From contig CALWPK010000005.1 of assembly GCA_944383415.1 (NCBI GenBank), forward strand, positions 2,860-66,859: DNA of 64,000 bases, given 5' to 3'. This document shows, one piece after another, positions 53,733-62,727 of this stretch (its first letter is position 1; each line of letters opens with the position of its first letter). The notes under the pieces are model-generated. The model searched no databases, had not been told where the DNA came from, and was given only the letters and a program-made list of their open reading frames with translations. This DNA is from an uncultured Clostridia bacterium. Lineage in GTDB: Bacteria > Bacillota > Clostridia > Christensenellales > UBA1242. Made by a program: the position numbers and the translations under genes.

Positions 53733-53739
53733 GAGAGAT

Positions 53740-54189
53740 ATGGGTTTTTTTGATTGGGTAATGCGTGGACTGGGGTTTGATGATAAAAACAAAAAAGAAA
53801 AAAAATCAAACACCGCAGTGAATGGAGATGACAAATACTCAAATTTCAATCTTCACGAGCGTGTGGAGGGAGAAACGGGTGCTATGTCTTCTCTTCCGAC
53901 TAGTGCGAATTTCAATTCGTTCGGTCTCCAGCCAGAATCAAACATAATTATGGTAGAGCCTACGACGCATAAAGAAATTCAACAGGTCATTGATTATCTA
54001 AAGCAAGGACAGTCCATTGCGGTGAATCTTGAAGGAATCGCGGATGAGGATAGAATGAGGATCCTAGATTTTTTGTCTGGGGCGATATATGGGCTCAATG
54101 GCAGTATTTTGCGTTGGCACGGTGATTTATTCTTATTGACTCCTGAGGGACACAAAATTTTGCGTCCTGAGAATTCAGACAAAAAATAA
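53740..54189 (+). CDS. sepF: Cell division protein SepF
   Basis: N-terminal amphipathic MGFFDW; EP....I.D.LK....VNL...RILDFLSG..YGL.G...FLLTP. Confidence 0.92.
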   Translation: MGFFDWVMRGLGFDDKNKKEKKSNTAVNGDDKYSNFNLHERVEGETGAMSSLPTSANFNSFGLQPESNIIMVEPTTHKEIQQVIDYLKQGQSIAVNLEGIADEDRMRILDFLSGAIYGLNGSILRWHGDLFLLTPEGHKILRPENSDKK

Positions 54190-54422
54190 TCAAATTAAGA
54201 ATGAAAAATTGCCAGTCAATTATTAAGTTGCATACATATTAATATAGTTTGCTTGATAAAATATTTATAATTTGCATCTATATAATTAATTTGTATTTTA
54301 AATTGGCGTTTATCCTTATATGTATAGCATATAATTGACAGATATACAAAACGACCCGTGTCAGAATCAAAATATTATTATCGAACGTGGTTGAGACGAA
54401 GTGGGGAACAAGTTTAGACAAA

Positions 54423-54905
54423 ATGAAAAAATGGATAACAATAGTTTGTTCAATAATTGGTGTTTTGGTAATAGATCTTGTTACCAAACATTTTTTATTT
54501 GAGGTAGAATATTTCAATCTGATACCAAATGTTATTTCAATTGCTACCAACAATGGCAATACAGGTGCCGCTTTTGGTATATTTAGCGACAGCACCATAG
54601 CACTTGTAATCGTCAGCATCATTATGATTGCGGCTCTCTTCATATTCAATTATTTTGTGAAGACGGGGTCAATCTTTTATTCAATATCGTTCGGTTTCAT
54701 TGTCGGTGGAGCAATTGGGAATTTGATAGATAGGCTCACTTTAGGTTATGTTAGAGACTTTATTTTCTTAGATTTCTGGCCAACATTTCCAATATTCAAT
54801 CTTGCTGACACATTCCTGTGCATCGGTGCGGTGATGATGGCAATATTCATCCTATTTTTTATGGGGAAGAAAAATTCGAGGCAAGAAGATGAAAACAAGT
54901 CTTAA
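54423..54905 (+). CDS. lspA: Lipoprotein signal peptidase II
   Basis: D..TK, N.GAAFG, GGAIGNLIDR, VRDF and FN.AD. Confidence 0.96.
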   Translation: MKKWITIVCSIIGVLVIDLVTKHFLFEVEYFNLIPNVISIATNNGNTGAAFGIFSDSTIALVIVSIIMIAALFIFNYFVKTGSIFYSISFGFIVGGAIGNLIDRLTLGYVRDFIFLDFWPTFPIFNLADTFLCIGAVMMAIFILFFMGKKNSRQEDENKS

Positions 54906-55794
54906 AGTTGATTTCAATAGCGTAGATTTGAGATTGGATATTTTTTTGGTGGAAAACACCAATTTTTCACGCAGTTATTTAAAGACATTGAATGACGAAG
55001 GAAGAATTTTAGTCAACAACGAAAAGAAAAAATCAGGGTATAAGTTGAAATTGGGAGACAAGATAGAAATTGAAGAAAAACCGATCACCACAATAGACAC
55101 CGCTCCTGAAAATATACCGCTAGACATTGTGTATGAAGATGATGATTTGCTAGTGATCAACAAACAAGTAGGATTGGTTGTCCATCCATCCGTTACCACG
55201 AGATCTCATACTCTTGTCAATGCGCTTATGTATCACGTGAAAAATTTGTCTACGATCAATGGAGTGTTGCGACCGGGCATTGTGCATAGACTAGACAAAG
55301 ACACGGGTGGGCTGATGATAGTGGCGAAAAATGACAATGCTCATAAAATTTTGAGTGCACAATTGAAGGACAAGACACTCAATAGGGAATACAAAGCATT
55401 GATCAAGGGCAGAATCAAGGAAGATTTTGTAGTGGAAGGATATTTGATTAGGAATCCAAAGAATAGAGAGCAAATGATGCTCACTCAGTCGGAAAAAGGT
55501 AAGTATAGCAAAACAATTTTTTCTGTAGACGCCGTTTACGACCATTATACGCTATTGAATTGCAAATTGACTACGGGAAGGACACATCAAATAAGAGCAC
55601 ACTTAAAATCAATCAATCATCCTATTGTCGGAGACAAACTATACGGTGGAGAGGACAAAAATATACCGACCAATGGGCAACTCTTGTTTGCATATAAAAT
55701 TAATTTTGTCCATCCAACTAGCAAAAAGAATGTTCAATTTCAAATAGAATTGCCCGAATATTTTAAGAATGTGCTTAAAAAAATTTCGAATTAA
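54889..55794 (+). CDS. rluD: RluA/RluD-family 23S rRNA pseudouridine synthase
   Basis: N-terminal S4 domain, RPGIVHRLDKDT and TGRTHQIR; familiar lspA-rluD order. Confidence 0.9.
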   Translation: MKTSLKVDFNSVDLRLDIFLVENTNFSRSYLKTLNDEGRILVNNEKKKSGYKLKLGDKIEIEEKPITTIDTAPENIPLDIVYEDDDLLVINKQVGLVVHPSVTTRSHTLVNALMYHVKNLSTINGVLRPGIVHRLDKDTGGLMIVAKNDNAHKILSAQLKDKTLNREYKALIKGRIKEDFVVEGYLIRNPKNREQMMLTQSEKGKYSKTIFSVDAVYDHYTLLNCKLTTGRTHQIRAHLKSINHPIVGDKLYGGEDKNIPTNGQLLFAYKINFVHPTSKKNVQFQIELPEYFKNVLKKISN

Positions 55795-55945
55795 TAATAA
55801 ATTAGTCAAGTTTTCATATAAAAATTGATAATTTTGAATGAATTATAATACATTTTTATAAAAATATCTTGATTATTTTGACAATTTTTGTAATTTATTT
55901 GTAAAAACTGAATAGTTATGTTATAATACGACTATTGGAGGATAT

Positions 55946-56212
55946 ATGAAAGGTAAAGGTTTTGTGAACTTTTTAGCATACCTTGCGATAATGCTTGTTG
56001 CAATTGCATTGATCGTGCAATATATTTTGGGTGCATTAGGTGTTAGTTCTACCGTTGTATCTGCTATGAGCACTATTGCACAATTTATCGCTTATGCTAT
56101 CACAGCAGTGTTTGCATTCTATTTTGCGAAGTCGAGAAGAAGTATCGCTTTTATGATTGCTTATGTCATAGCAGTTATTCTGATAATCGTTTTCTTGTTC
56201 TTGACATTTTAA
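55946..56212 (+). CDS. Small three-TM membrane protein
   Basis: GGAGG RBS and three hydrophobic helices. Confidence 0.75.
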   Translation: MKGKGFVNFLAYLAIMLVAIALIVQYILGALGVSSTVVSAMSTIAQFIAYAITAVFAFYFAKSRRSIAFMIAYVIAVILIIVFLFLTF

Positions 56213-56218
56213 TTGATT

Positions 56219-56563
56219 ATGAAATTCAAGTTTAACTTAAAACTCACCATCTGCTTGGTGAGTTTGTTTGTAGGATTTGTACTCTTGATTGTTGGCAATC
56301 AAAATAAATATTGCCAATCTTTTGGGTTTTTCTTTTTGGCAGTAGGTATAATCTTTTTTGCTATTGATAGAACGAATAAGATTGATAAAAAATGTATAGA
56401 AATCGACAAATTGATAGATAAAGAAAGTGAATTGGATGATGAAAAATTAATTGATGTAAATGCTGAATTTTCTACGTTATATAAGCAAAAAAAGCGAATC
56501 AATATCGTGTCATATTTGTGCGCGATACTTTTTGCAATCGTAGGATTTTTTGTGCTAATTTGA
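56219..56563 (+). CDS. Hypothetical membrane protein (3 TM plus a charged loop)
   Basis: Hydrophobic segments; follows the previous gene closely. Confidence 0.65.
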   Translation: MKFKFNLKLTICLVSLFVGFVLLIVGNQNKYCQSFGFFFLAVGIIFFAIDRTNKIDKKCIEIDKLIDKESELDDEKLIDVNAEFSTLYKQKKRINIVSYLCAILFAIVGFFVLI

Positions 56564-56621
56564 TTGATTTAATTTCAATTGTATGATAAAATACACACGT
56601 TTATATTATAAGGAGATTACT

Positions 56622-57905
56622 ATGGTACTAAAAGTAGAGAAAAAAGAAAATGGAATTTATGAGGCAAATATTAGCCTTGATGAAAAGGAATGGCAGGATA
56701 GTTTGAATTCCGCTTATGAGAAAAATAAGGGGAAATTTAGCATTCCAGGCTTTAGGAAAGGTCACGCACCTAGAAACATTATTGAAAAGAGTTTTGGTGA
56801 GGGTGCTTTCGTAAATGAGGCATTGGATGAAGTTTATTATAAGTCATATACGCAAATTTTACGCGAAAATGAGAATATCAAACCAATAGACGCTCCGAAG
56901 TTGGATATCAAAAAGTTAGATAAAAGCGGAGTAGACATTTTGCTCACTATTGCCTGCGTGCCAGATTTCACACTTGCACAATACAAAGGACTAAAGTTTG
57001 AAAAGAAAAAGACAGAGATCACTGACAAAGACGTAGAGGAAGAGATCAACAAAGAATTGTTGCGTGCATCTAGATTGGTCGAAACCAAAAAACCTGTCAA
57101 ATTAGACGACTTTGTTACGCTTGATTTTGACGGCTATATCGATGGAAAGCAATTTGACGGAGGCAAGGCAGAGAACTATCAGTTGAAGATTGGGAGCAAA
57201 TCGTTTATTGACAATTTTGAAGATCAATTGGTCGGACTGAACATTGGGGACAAAAAAGATGTGATCGTCACCTTCCCAAAGGACTATCATCAAAAAGATC
57301 TCGCTGGCAAGCCTGCTACATTCAAGGTCGAAATCAAAAACATACGTGAACGCGTTATGCCTATTCTTAATGAAGAATTTGTATCTAATTCAACCGAATT
57401 TGACACAGTAGATAAATATAAAGAAAACATTCGTACCCGCCTGGAAAAAGAAGCGGATGAACGCAATGAATTGGAGTTGGACAACGACATTTTAGATAAA
57501 ATCATAGACAATACCGAACTTAGTGTGCCTGATGTGATGGTAGAGGAAGAGTTCAATCGTCAAATGAATGGAATGAACGCTCAAATGCAATATCAAGGGT
57601 TGAAACTCGAAGATTATGTGAACTACATTGGCAAGACAATGGATCAATTCAAAGATGAAGTGAGAGCCAACTCTCGTAGGCAGGTGAAAGGTCGTTTGGT
57701 GCTAGAAAAACTCATTAGAGATGAGCACCTTGACGTCATTGAAAAGGATATCGACCAAAAAATCGAAGAAATGGCAAAAAATACCGGTAAAACGCTGGAA
57801 GAATTCAAAAAACAAGTAAATAATGATATGATAAATCATATTGCAAATGAAATTCTTATGAAAAAATTGGTAGAATTTTTGCGAAACAACAATGAAATTA
57901 AATAA
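56622..57905 (+). CDS. tig: Trigger factor
   Basis: IPGFRKGHAP ribosome-binding motif and FKBP domain (DF.G.IDG..F.GG, FP.DY..DLAGK.A.F); AAGGAG RBS before 56622. Confidence 0.97.
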   Translation: MVLKVEKKENGIYEANISLDEKEWQDSLNSAYEKNKGKFSIPGFRKGHAPRNIIEKSFGEGAFVNEALDEVYYKSYTQILRENENIKPIDAPKLDIKKLDKSGVDILLTIACVPDFTLAQYKGLKFEKKKTEITDKDVEEEINKELLRASRLVETKKPVKLDDFVTLDFDGYIDGKQFDGGKAENYQLKIGSKSFIDNFEDQLVGLNIGDKKDVIVTFPKDYHQKDLAGKPATFKVEIKNIRERVMPILNEEFVSNSTEFDTVDKYKENIRTRLEKEADERNELELDNDILDKIIDNTELSVPDVMVEEEFNRQMNGMNAQMQYQGLKLEDYVNYIGKTMDQFKDEVRANSRRQVKGRLVLEKLIRDEHLDVIEKDIDQKIEEMAKNTGKTLEEFKKQVNNDMINHIANEILMKKLVEFLRNNNEIK

Positions 57906-57983
57906 TATTAAGAAATTTTGATAAATATTGATTTTCTGTAATAAATTTACTTTTAATTCAAATAAATATAAGGAGAGAAGATT

Positions 57984-58565
57984 ATGATACCTATGGTTAT
58001 TGATCAAGTTGGCAATGTTGAACGCAGTTATGACATCTATTCTCGCTTGTTGGAAGATAGAATTGTATTCTTGTCTGGCGAAATTGATGATCAGACGGCA
58101 AATACTGTTGTCGCTCAATTGCTTTATTTGGAGGGAAAAAATCCAGATAAAGATATATTTATGTACATCAACAGTCCTGGTGGTAGTGTGACTGCTGGAC
58201 TAGCGATATATGATACAATGCAGTATGTGAAATGTGATATTTCTACTATTTGTATTGGTATGGCAGCAAGTATGGCGGCGGTGATTTTGTCTAGCGGTAC
58301 AAAGGGTAAGCGTATATGTCTTCCTCATAGCGAAGTGATGATTCATCAGCCACTGGGCGGAGCACAAGGTCAGGCATCAGATATTGAGATTCACGCACGC
58401 CATATTCAAAAGACAAGGGAGAGTTTGAATAGAATTCTTGCTGACAACACTGGCAAAAATATTGAAACAATATCAAAAGATACAGATAGGGACAATTTCT
58501 TAGATGCTAAACAAGCGTTGAAATATGGCTTGGTAGATAAAATTTATGATAAACGAAAAAATTAA
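57984..58565 (+). CDS. clpP: ATP-dependent Clp protease proteolytic subunit
   Basis: [26 protein letters not shown] and DRD. Confidence 0.99.
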   Translation: MIPMVIDQVGNVERSYDIYSRLLEDRIVFLSGEIDDQTANTVVAQLLYLEGKNPDKDIFMYINSPGGSVTAGLAIYDTMQYVKCDISTICIGMAASMAAVILSSGTKGKRICLPHSEVMIHQPLGGAQGQASDIEIHARHIQKTRESLNRILADNTGKNIETISKDTDRDNFLDAKQALKYGLVDKIYDKRKN

Positions 58566-58615
58566 AGGATAAATACAGACAAATATTCGTCTGTATTTTG
58601 CAAATAAAGGAGAGT

Positions 58616-59890
58616 ATGAAAGAGATAGAAACCATTTGTTCATTTTGTGGTCGTCCGGCTCGTGAGTTGACCGATATTATTAGCAATCCAGAGGGCGATT
58701 GTTTCATTTGCAAAGATTGTTTGAATATATGCAAGGATCTTATGGATTTCAACAATCGTACACGACAGAGCGAAAAAAATGAATTCATTGATTTGATCAA
58801 ACCGCAAGAAATCAAACGAAAGTTGGATGAATTCATTATCGGTCAAGATGAGGTTAAGAAGATCCTTGCCGTATCAGTATATAATCATTATAAACGTATA
58901 AATTATAACACTATCAAGCGAGGCAATTCTCAGGACGAAGTGGAATTGGAGAAATCAAACGTACTGTTGGTAGGACCTACTGGTAGTGGAAAAACTTTAC
59001 TTGCCAAAACACTTGCAAAGACATTGAAAGTGCCTTTTGCATCAAGTGATGCCACAGCACTCACTGAGGCAGGGTATGTTGGAGATGACGTTGAAAATAT
59101 CTTATTGAAACTCATCCAAAATGCTGATTATGATGTTGAAAAGGCTGAACGCGGAATTATTTATATTGACGAAATAGATAAAATTGCTAGAAAAACTCAA
59201 AATGTATCAATCACACGTGATGTGAGCGGAGAAGGAGTACAACAGGCATTATTGAAAATCTTAGAAGGGACTATTGCCACCGTGCCACCACAGGGAGGCA
59301 GGAAACACCCTCAGCAGGAAAATATCAAGATTGATACAACGAACATTTTATTTATATGTGGCGGTGCTTTCGTTGGACTTGATAAAATCATCAGCGAGAG
59401 AAATGGAGCATCCTCTCTTGGCTTTGGTGCAAGTGTTAAGAAAAAAGAGATGGAAGAATCGATCAACAAATTTGAAAACATTCAGCCTCAAGATTTGATC
59501 AAATATGGTATGATACCAGAATTTGTAGGCAGACTTCCTATCGTCGCTACTCTTGATAGCCTTGATGAAAAAGCATTGGAGAGAATTTTGGTGGAGCCAA
59601 AGAATGCTATCACGAAGCAATATATACAAATGTTCAAAATGGACGGAATTGACCTATCTTTTGAACCTGAGGCAATCACTGCAGTTGCGAAAAAGGCAAT
59701 AGAACTCAAGACCGGTGCTAGAGGATTGAGGACTATTCTTGAAGAGCGTATGCTTGATGTTATGTATAGTTATCATTTTGAAGACAATATTGAACGAATT
59801 GTCATAACTGCTGATTTTATTAACAAGAACGCAAAAGCAAAAATCATCAAAGCCAAACCGAAACTCAAAGAGAAAAAGCAAACAGCATAA
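58616..59890 (+). CDS. clpX: ATP-dependent Clp protease ATP-binding subunit ClpX
   Basis: C4 zinc domain, [37 protein letters not shown] loop and GARGLR. Confidence 0.99.
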   Translation: MKEIETICSFCGRPARELTDIISNPEGDCFICKDCLNICKDLMDFNNRTRQSEKNEFIDLIKPQEIKRKLDEFIIGQDEVKKILAVSVYNHYKRINYNTIKRGNSQDEVELEKSNVLLVGPTGSGKTLLAKTLAKTLKVPFASSDATALTEAGYVGDDVENILLKLIQNADYDVEKAERGIIYIDEIDKIARKTQNVSITRDVSGEGVQQALLKILEGTIATVPPQGGRKHPQQENIKIDTTNILFICGGAFVGLDKIISERNGASSLGFGASVKKKEMEESINKFENIQPQDLIKYGMIPEFVGRLPIVATLDSLDEKALERILVEPKNAITKQYIQMFKMDGIDLSFEPEAITAVAKKAIELKTGARGLRTILEERMLDVMYSYHFEDNIERIVITADFINKNAKAKIIKAKPKLKEKKQTA

Positions 59891-59917
59891 AGTTAATAAG
59901 TTTTGAGGAAAAAAAGT

Positions 59918-59951
59918 AAAGGGACTTTGCTAAATGATGAAGTTCCTTTTT
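59918..59951 (+). terminator. Intrinsic terminator after clpX
   Basis: aaagggactt...aagttccttt followed by T. Confidence 0.65.
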
Positions 59952-60207
59952 ATTATTTAGAAAATAAAAAAATAATTTTTTTCAAATTATTTGATGATAC
60001 TTACATCTAAATTAGGAACATTGCCGATGAAATGAGATATATCATTTCATTATCAATAGAGAATAACACAATATTGAGTTTTGGTATTTTATCTTAGATG
60101 TACAACAAGAGAAACTGATGATATGAACTTCAAGTTATCTATTTTTTATTTGAATTTTATTTAAAATATTGATACAAATTTGTAATTTTGTGTTATAATC
60201 AAATTAT

Positions 60208-60777
60208 ATGAAAAAGATGAAGTTATATCACACATCAACTATTCCAAATCTGAAAATCATAGAACCTCGTATTTCAACGCACGGAAAATCTTATGTATAT
60301 GCTACACCAAGTTTGGAATTTTCCTTATTTTTTGGCGGAAAGGAAATGGCGGGCGGTTTCGATGGGATTTATGGCATAAAAGATAATATACCATTCTTCT
60401 ACGAGGCTTACAAAGGTGCCCTCAAAAGAATATTTGATAATGCCGTATGCTATATTTACGAAGTAGATCCCTCAACATTCGTAGCAGGCAAGACTACATT
60501 CAGTGGTGAATTTGTAAGCGAGAGTCCTGTCAAAATCTTGAATTGCAAAAAGGTTAATAATGTATATAATTACATACAAGAACTAAATAGCCAATCGAAA
60601 ATCAAACTACATTATTTTTGCGACACAGAAGAATATAATAAAATGATTGATGAATATATCTCTAATATGATTATCGAATTAGGCATTTTGGACAAAAAAG
60701 AAACAGGTATTTATGGGTTTTGCGAAAGACATTTTCCACATATTATGGAAAGATTGCAAGCTGAGATTTTGAAGTAA
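60208..60777 (+). CDS. Hypothetical protein, ADP-ribosyltransferase-like fold (H-Y-E type)
   Basis: LYHTS...L....P....VYAT...IYEV...E..S..PVKI pattern. Confidence 0.5.
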   Translation: MKKMKLYHTSTIPNLKIIEPRISTHGKSYVYATPSLEFSLFFGGKEMAGGFDGIYGIKDNIPFFYEAYKGALKRIFDNAVCYIYEVDPSTFVAGKTTFSGEFVSESPVKILNCKKVNNVYNYIQELNSQSKIKLHYFCDTEEYNKMIDEYISNMIIELGILDKKETGIYGFCERHFPHIMERLQAEILK

Positions 60778-61003
60778 TAATATACCACATTATTAGTTTG
60801 GAGATAAAATTTTGCCCAAATAGAACTGAGTTGTAAAATTTATGTCAATCAAAATTTGCCCGCTAACGATTCACTCAATTATTCAGGAAGGAAATAGCTT
60901 TTAAATTAAGAAGATTATATTAATTTAAAATCTTACATTTTGTATTCAATTAAGTCCTAATTGATTTGCAATATTTGTGAATTTCATATATAATAATTAC
61001 AAT

Positions 61004-61345
61004 ATGGAACTAATTACTATTGATATCAAATCTGATAGGCAGACAGTGAGTGAGGCAATCGCTCAATTTTTGCTAGAAGTAGAGAGTTATAAAAAAGGCG
61101 GATACAAGGTAATGAAAGTCATTCACGGATATGGCAGTCACGGAGTTGGCGGAGCGATCAAAGTAAATTTCCTAAAAAAATGTGAAGAATTGAAGCGTAG
61201 AGGAAAAATTGAGGATTACACTTGTTGTGATAGATGGACACCAAACAATGTGGTTAGAAAAATCGCTATAAATTATTGCCCAGATTTACTTGCGGATAGA
61301 GATTTGTATTTGTTAAATTCCGGTTGCACGATTGTAATTTTATGA
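61004..61345 (+). CDS. Stand-alone Smr-domain protein
   Basis: ID.....TV.EA, KVIHGYGS.G.GG.I and N.G.T.V. Confidence 0.85.
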   Translation: MELITIDIKSDRQTVSEAIAQFLLEVESYKKGGYKVMKVIHGYGSHGVGGAIKVNFLKKCEELKRRGKIEDYTCCDRWTPNNVVRKIAINYCPDLLADRDLYLLNSGCTIVIL

Positions 61346-61430
61346 AAATATTAGTTTAATTGAATTTAGTTTCAAATTCTACAAATTTAACGTTTAAGAC
61401 ATTAAAATTATGAGGAGATATAATAACAAT

Positions 61431-62420
61431 ATGAAAATCAAATATACTTTAGACAAACGTACCGAGATTATGGAGATAATGCTCACATTGACAGATTATT
61501 TTGACCGCATTCCGAAATTAAGGGTGCCAACCGAGTTTGATTATGCTGTGGATGTGAAGAATTATTTTTCACAGTACAAAAATCATAGGGCTGTGAAACT
61601 ATTAACTGAAGTTATCCACGAATTGTGTTTTAATTATGATGCACCTATTGCGTTAATGTGGCAATTAAACTCTGATTTTAGTATCAATGAGTTGTTGAAA
61701 TATCCTTTTGAAACTCGTTTAGGTAGGAGTCCTAAAGTCCTTGAATTCATAAAAGAAATTAGAAATTTTACAATCGACTCCAAGTATGATGAATTTTATA
61801 AAAAGCATACACGGGCGTATCAAAAATGGATTGAAGACACGAAGAGCAAAGTAGATGAAAATTTGCTTGATTATATGGATAATTTCTACAAAGAAGAATT
61901 GGAACGTGATTATATTATAAACCTTATGCCTCTTCAAACACACTGCAATTATGGGGTAGAAAATGGCAATCAAAGTATTTGCAATTTGGGTGCAAAATTT
62001 TCTGAAAACAAACTGGAGCCATACTTTCTGTCACAAAAAAATTTAGACCTTATTCAACACGAATTTTCTCATCCATTGATCAATCCGCTCACTGACAAGT
62101 ATTTTGATGCTAGGCGTATGCCTCCACTCCCCGATGAAGTGAAAGAAAAAATGCGAAATTTAGCCTATGGATCCATATCAACTTATGTCAATGAACAAAT
62201 TATTCGTTGTACGACAATTTTATATTTAAATAATCTCTATGGTGAAGAATATGAAGAAACTCTAATAAAGCAAGAGGAGGATATAGGATTTATCCACACA
62301 CGCGCAGTTTTACAGGCATTGAAAGAATATGAAAAACAGGATGTACCTTTAAGAAAATATTTTCCGAAGATATTAGGGGAGTTTTATAAGCCTCTTAATA
62401 ATTCACTTTTGTTGAATTAA
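61431..62420 (+). CDS. DUF4932-like protein, putative metallopeptidase
   Basis: D.R.E, Y...V..YF..YK.H.AV, HEFSH...NP and a downstream NE.IIR. Confidence 0.7.
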   Translation: MKIKYTLDKRTEIMEIMLTLTDYFDRIPKLRVPTEFDYAVDVKNYFSQYKNHRAVKLLTEVIHELCFNYDAPIALMWQLNSDFSINELLKYPFETRLGRSPKVLEFIKEIRNFTIDSKYDEFYKKHTRAYQKWIEDTKSKVDENLLDYMDNFYKEELERDYIINLMPLQTHCNYGVENGNQSICNLGAKFSENKLEPYFLSQKNLDLIQHEFSHPLINPLTDKYFDARRMPPLPDEVKEKMRNLAYGSISTYVNEQIIRCTTILYLNNLYGEEYEETLIKQEEDIGFIHTRAVLQALKEYEKQDVPLRKYFPKILGEFYKPLNNSLLLN

Positions 62421-62480
62421 TTTTGTCGATTGTTTGCTTGGCAATAATTTAGTTTTGTGTTTAAATTGACAGGGAAGGGG

Positions 62481-62554
62481 TGGCGGAAGTAAACACTCGA
62501 ATGAGCGTTTGAACCGCCCAGACGGGCGGTTGGCGTTGAAAACGCACTTCCGCC
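62481..62554 (-). ncRNA. Candidate structured RNA or palindromic element (four-way junction)
   Basis: Four helices with 0-1 nt linkers, GC-rich in an AT-rich background. An A-C mismatch on plus is a G-U pair on minus. Confidence 0.45.
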
Positions 62555-62727
62555 TTTTATATTAAAAAATAGACTTCACAGCAAAATAATCACATAATCA
62601 ATCGCAACAATTTTTGAGTGTCAATTGATACTTAAAACAACAAAATTCATCAATATTTTTAAAAATTCATAAGAAATCGTTTTATTTTTAATGTAATTTA
62701 TGCCATAATACTATAAACGGGGTAAAT

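Noticed and set aside
54190-54420. Possible 6S-like RNA between sepF and lspA
   Set aside because: Only weak end-to-end complementarity; no convincing rod with a central bubble could be drawn by eye.
60010-60095. Lysine riboswitch (AGG...GCCGA and GAATA words)
   Set aside because: The AGAGG/ACUGUC core and P1 are missing, and the downstream gene is unrelated.
60882-60898. tcaggaaggaaatagc resembling the SRP RNA core
   Set aside because: It lacks the CAGG-stem-GGAA-stem-AGCAG arrangement and the long flanking helix.
62481-62551. tRNA-Sec, suggested by the GGAAG start and CTTCCGCCA end
   Set aside because: It is too short and has no long variable arm, no properly placed UCA anticodon loop and no canonical T arm. 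Kept only as an unknown structured element.
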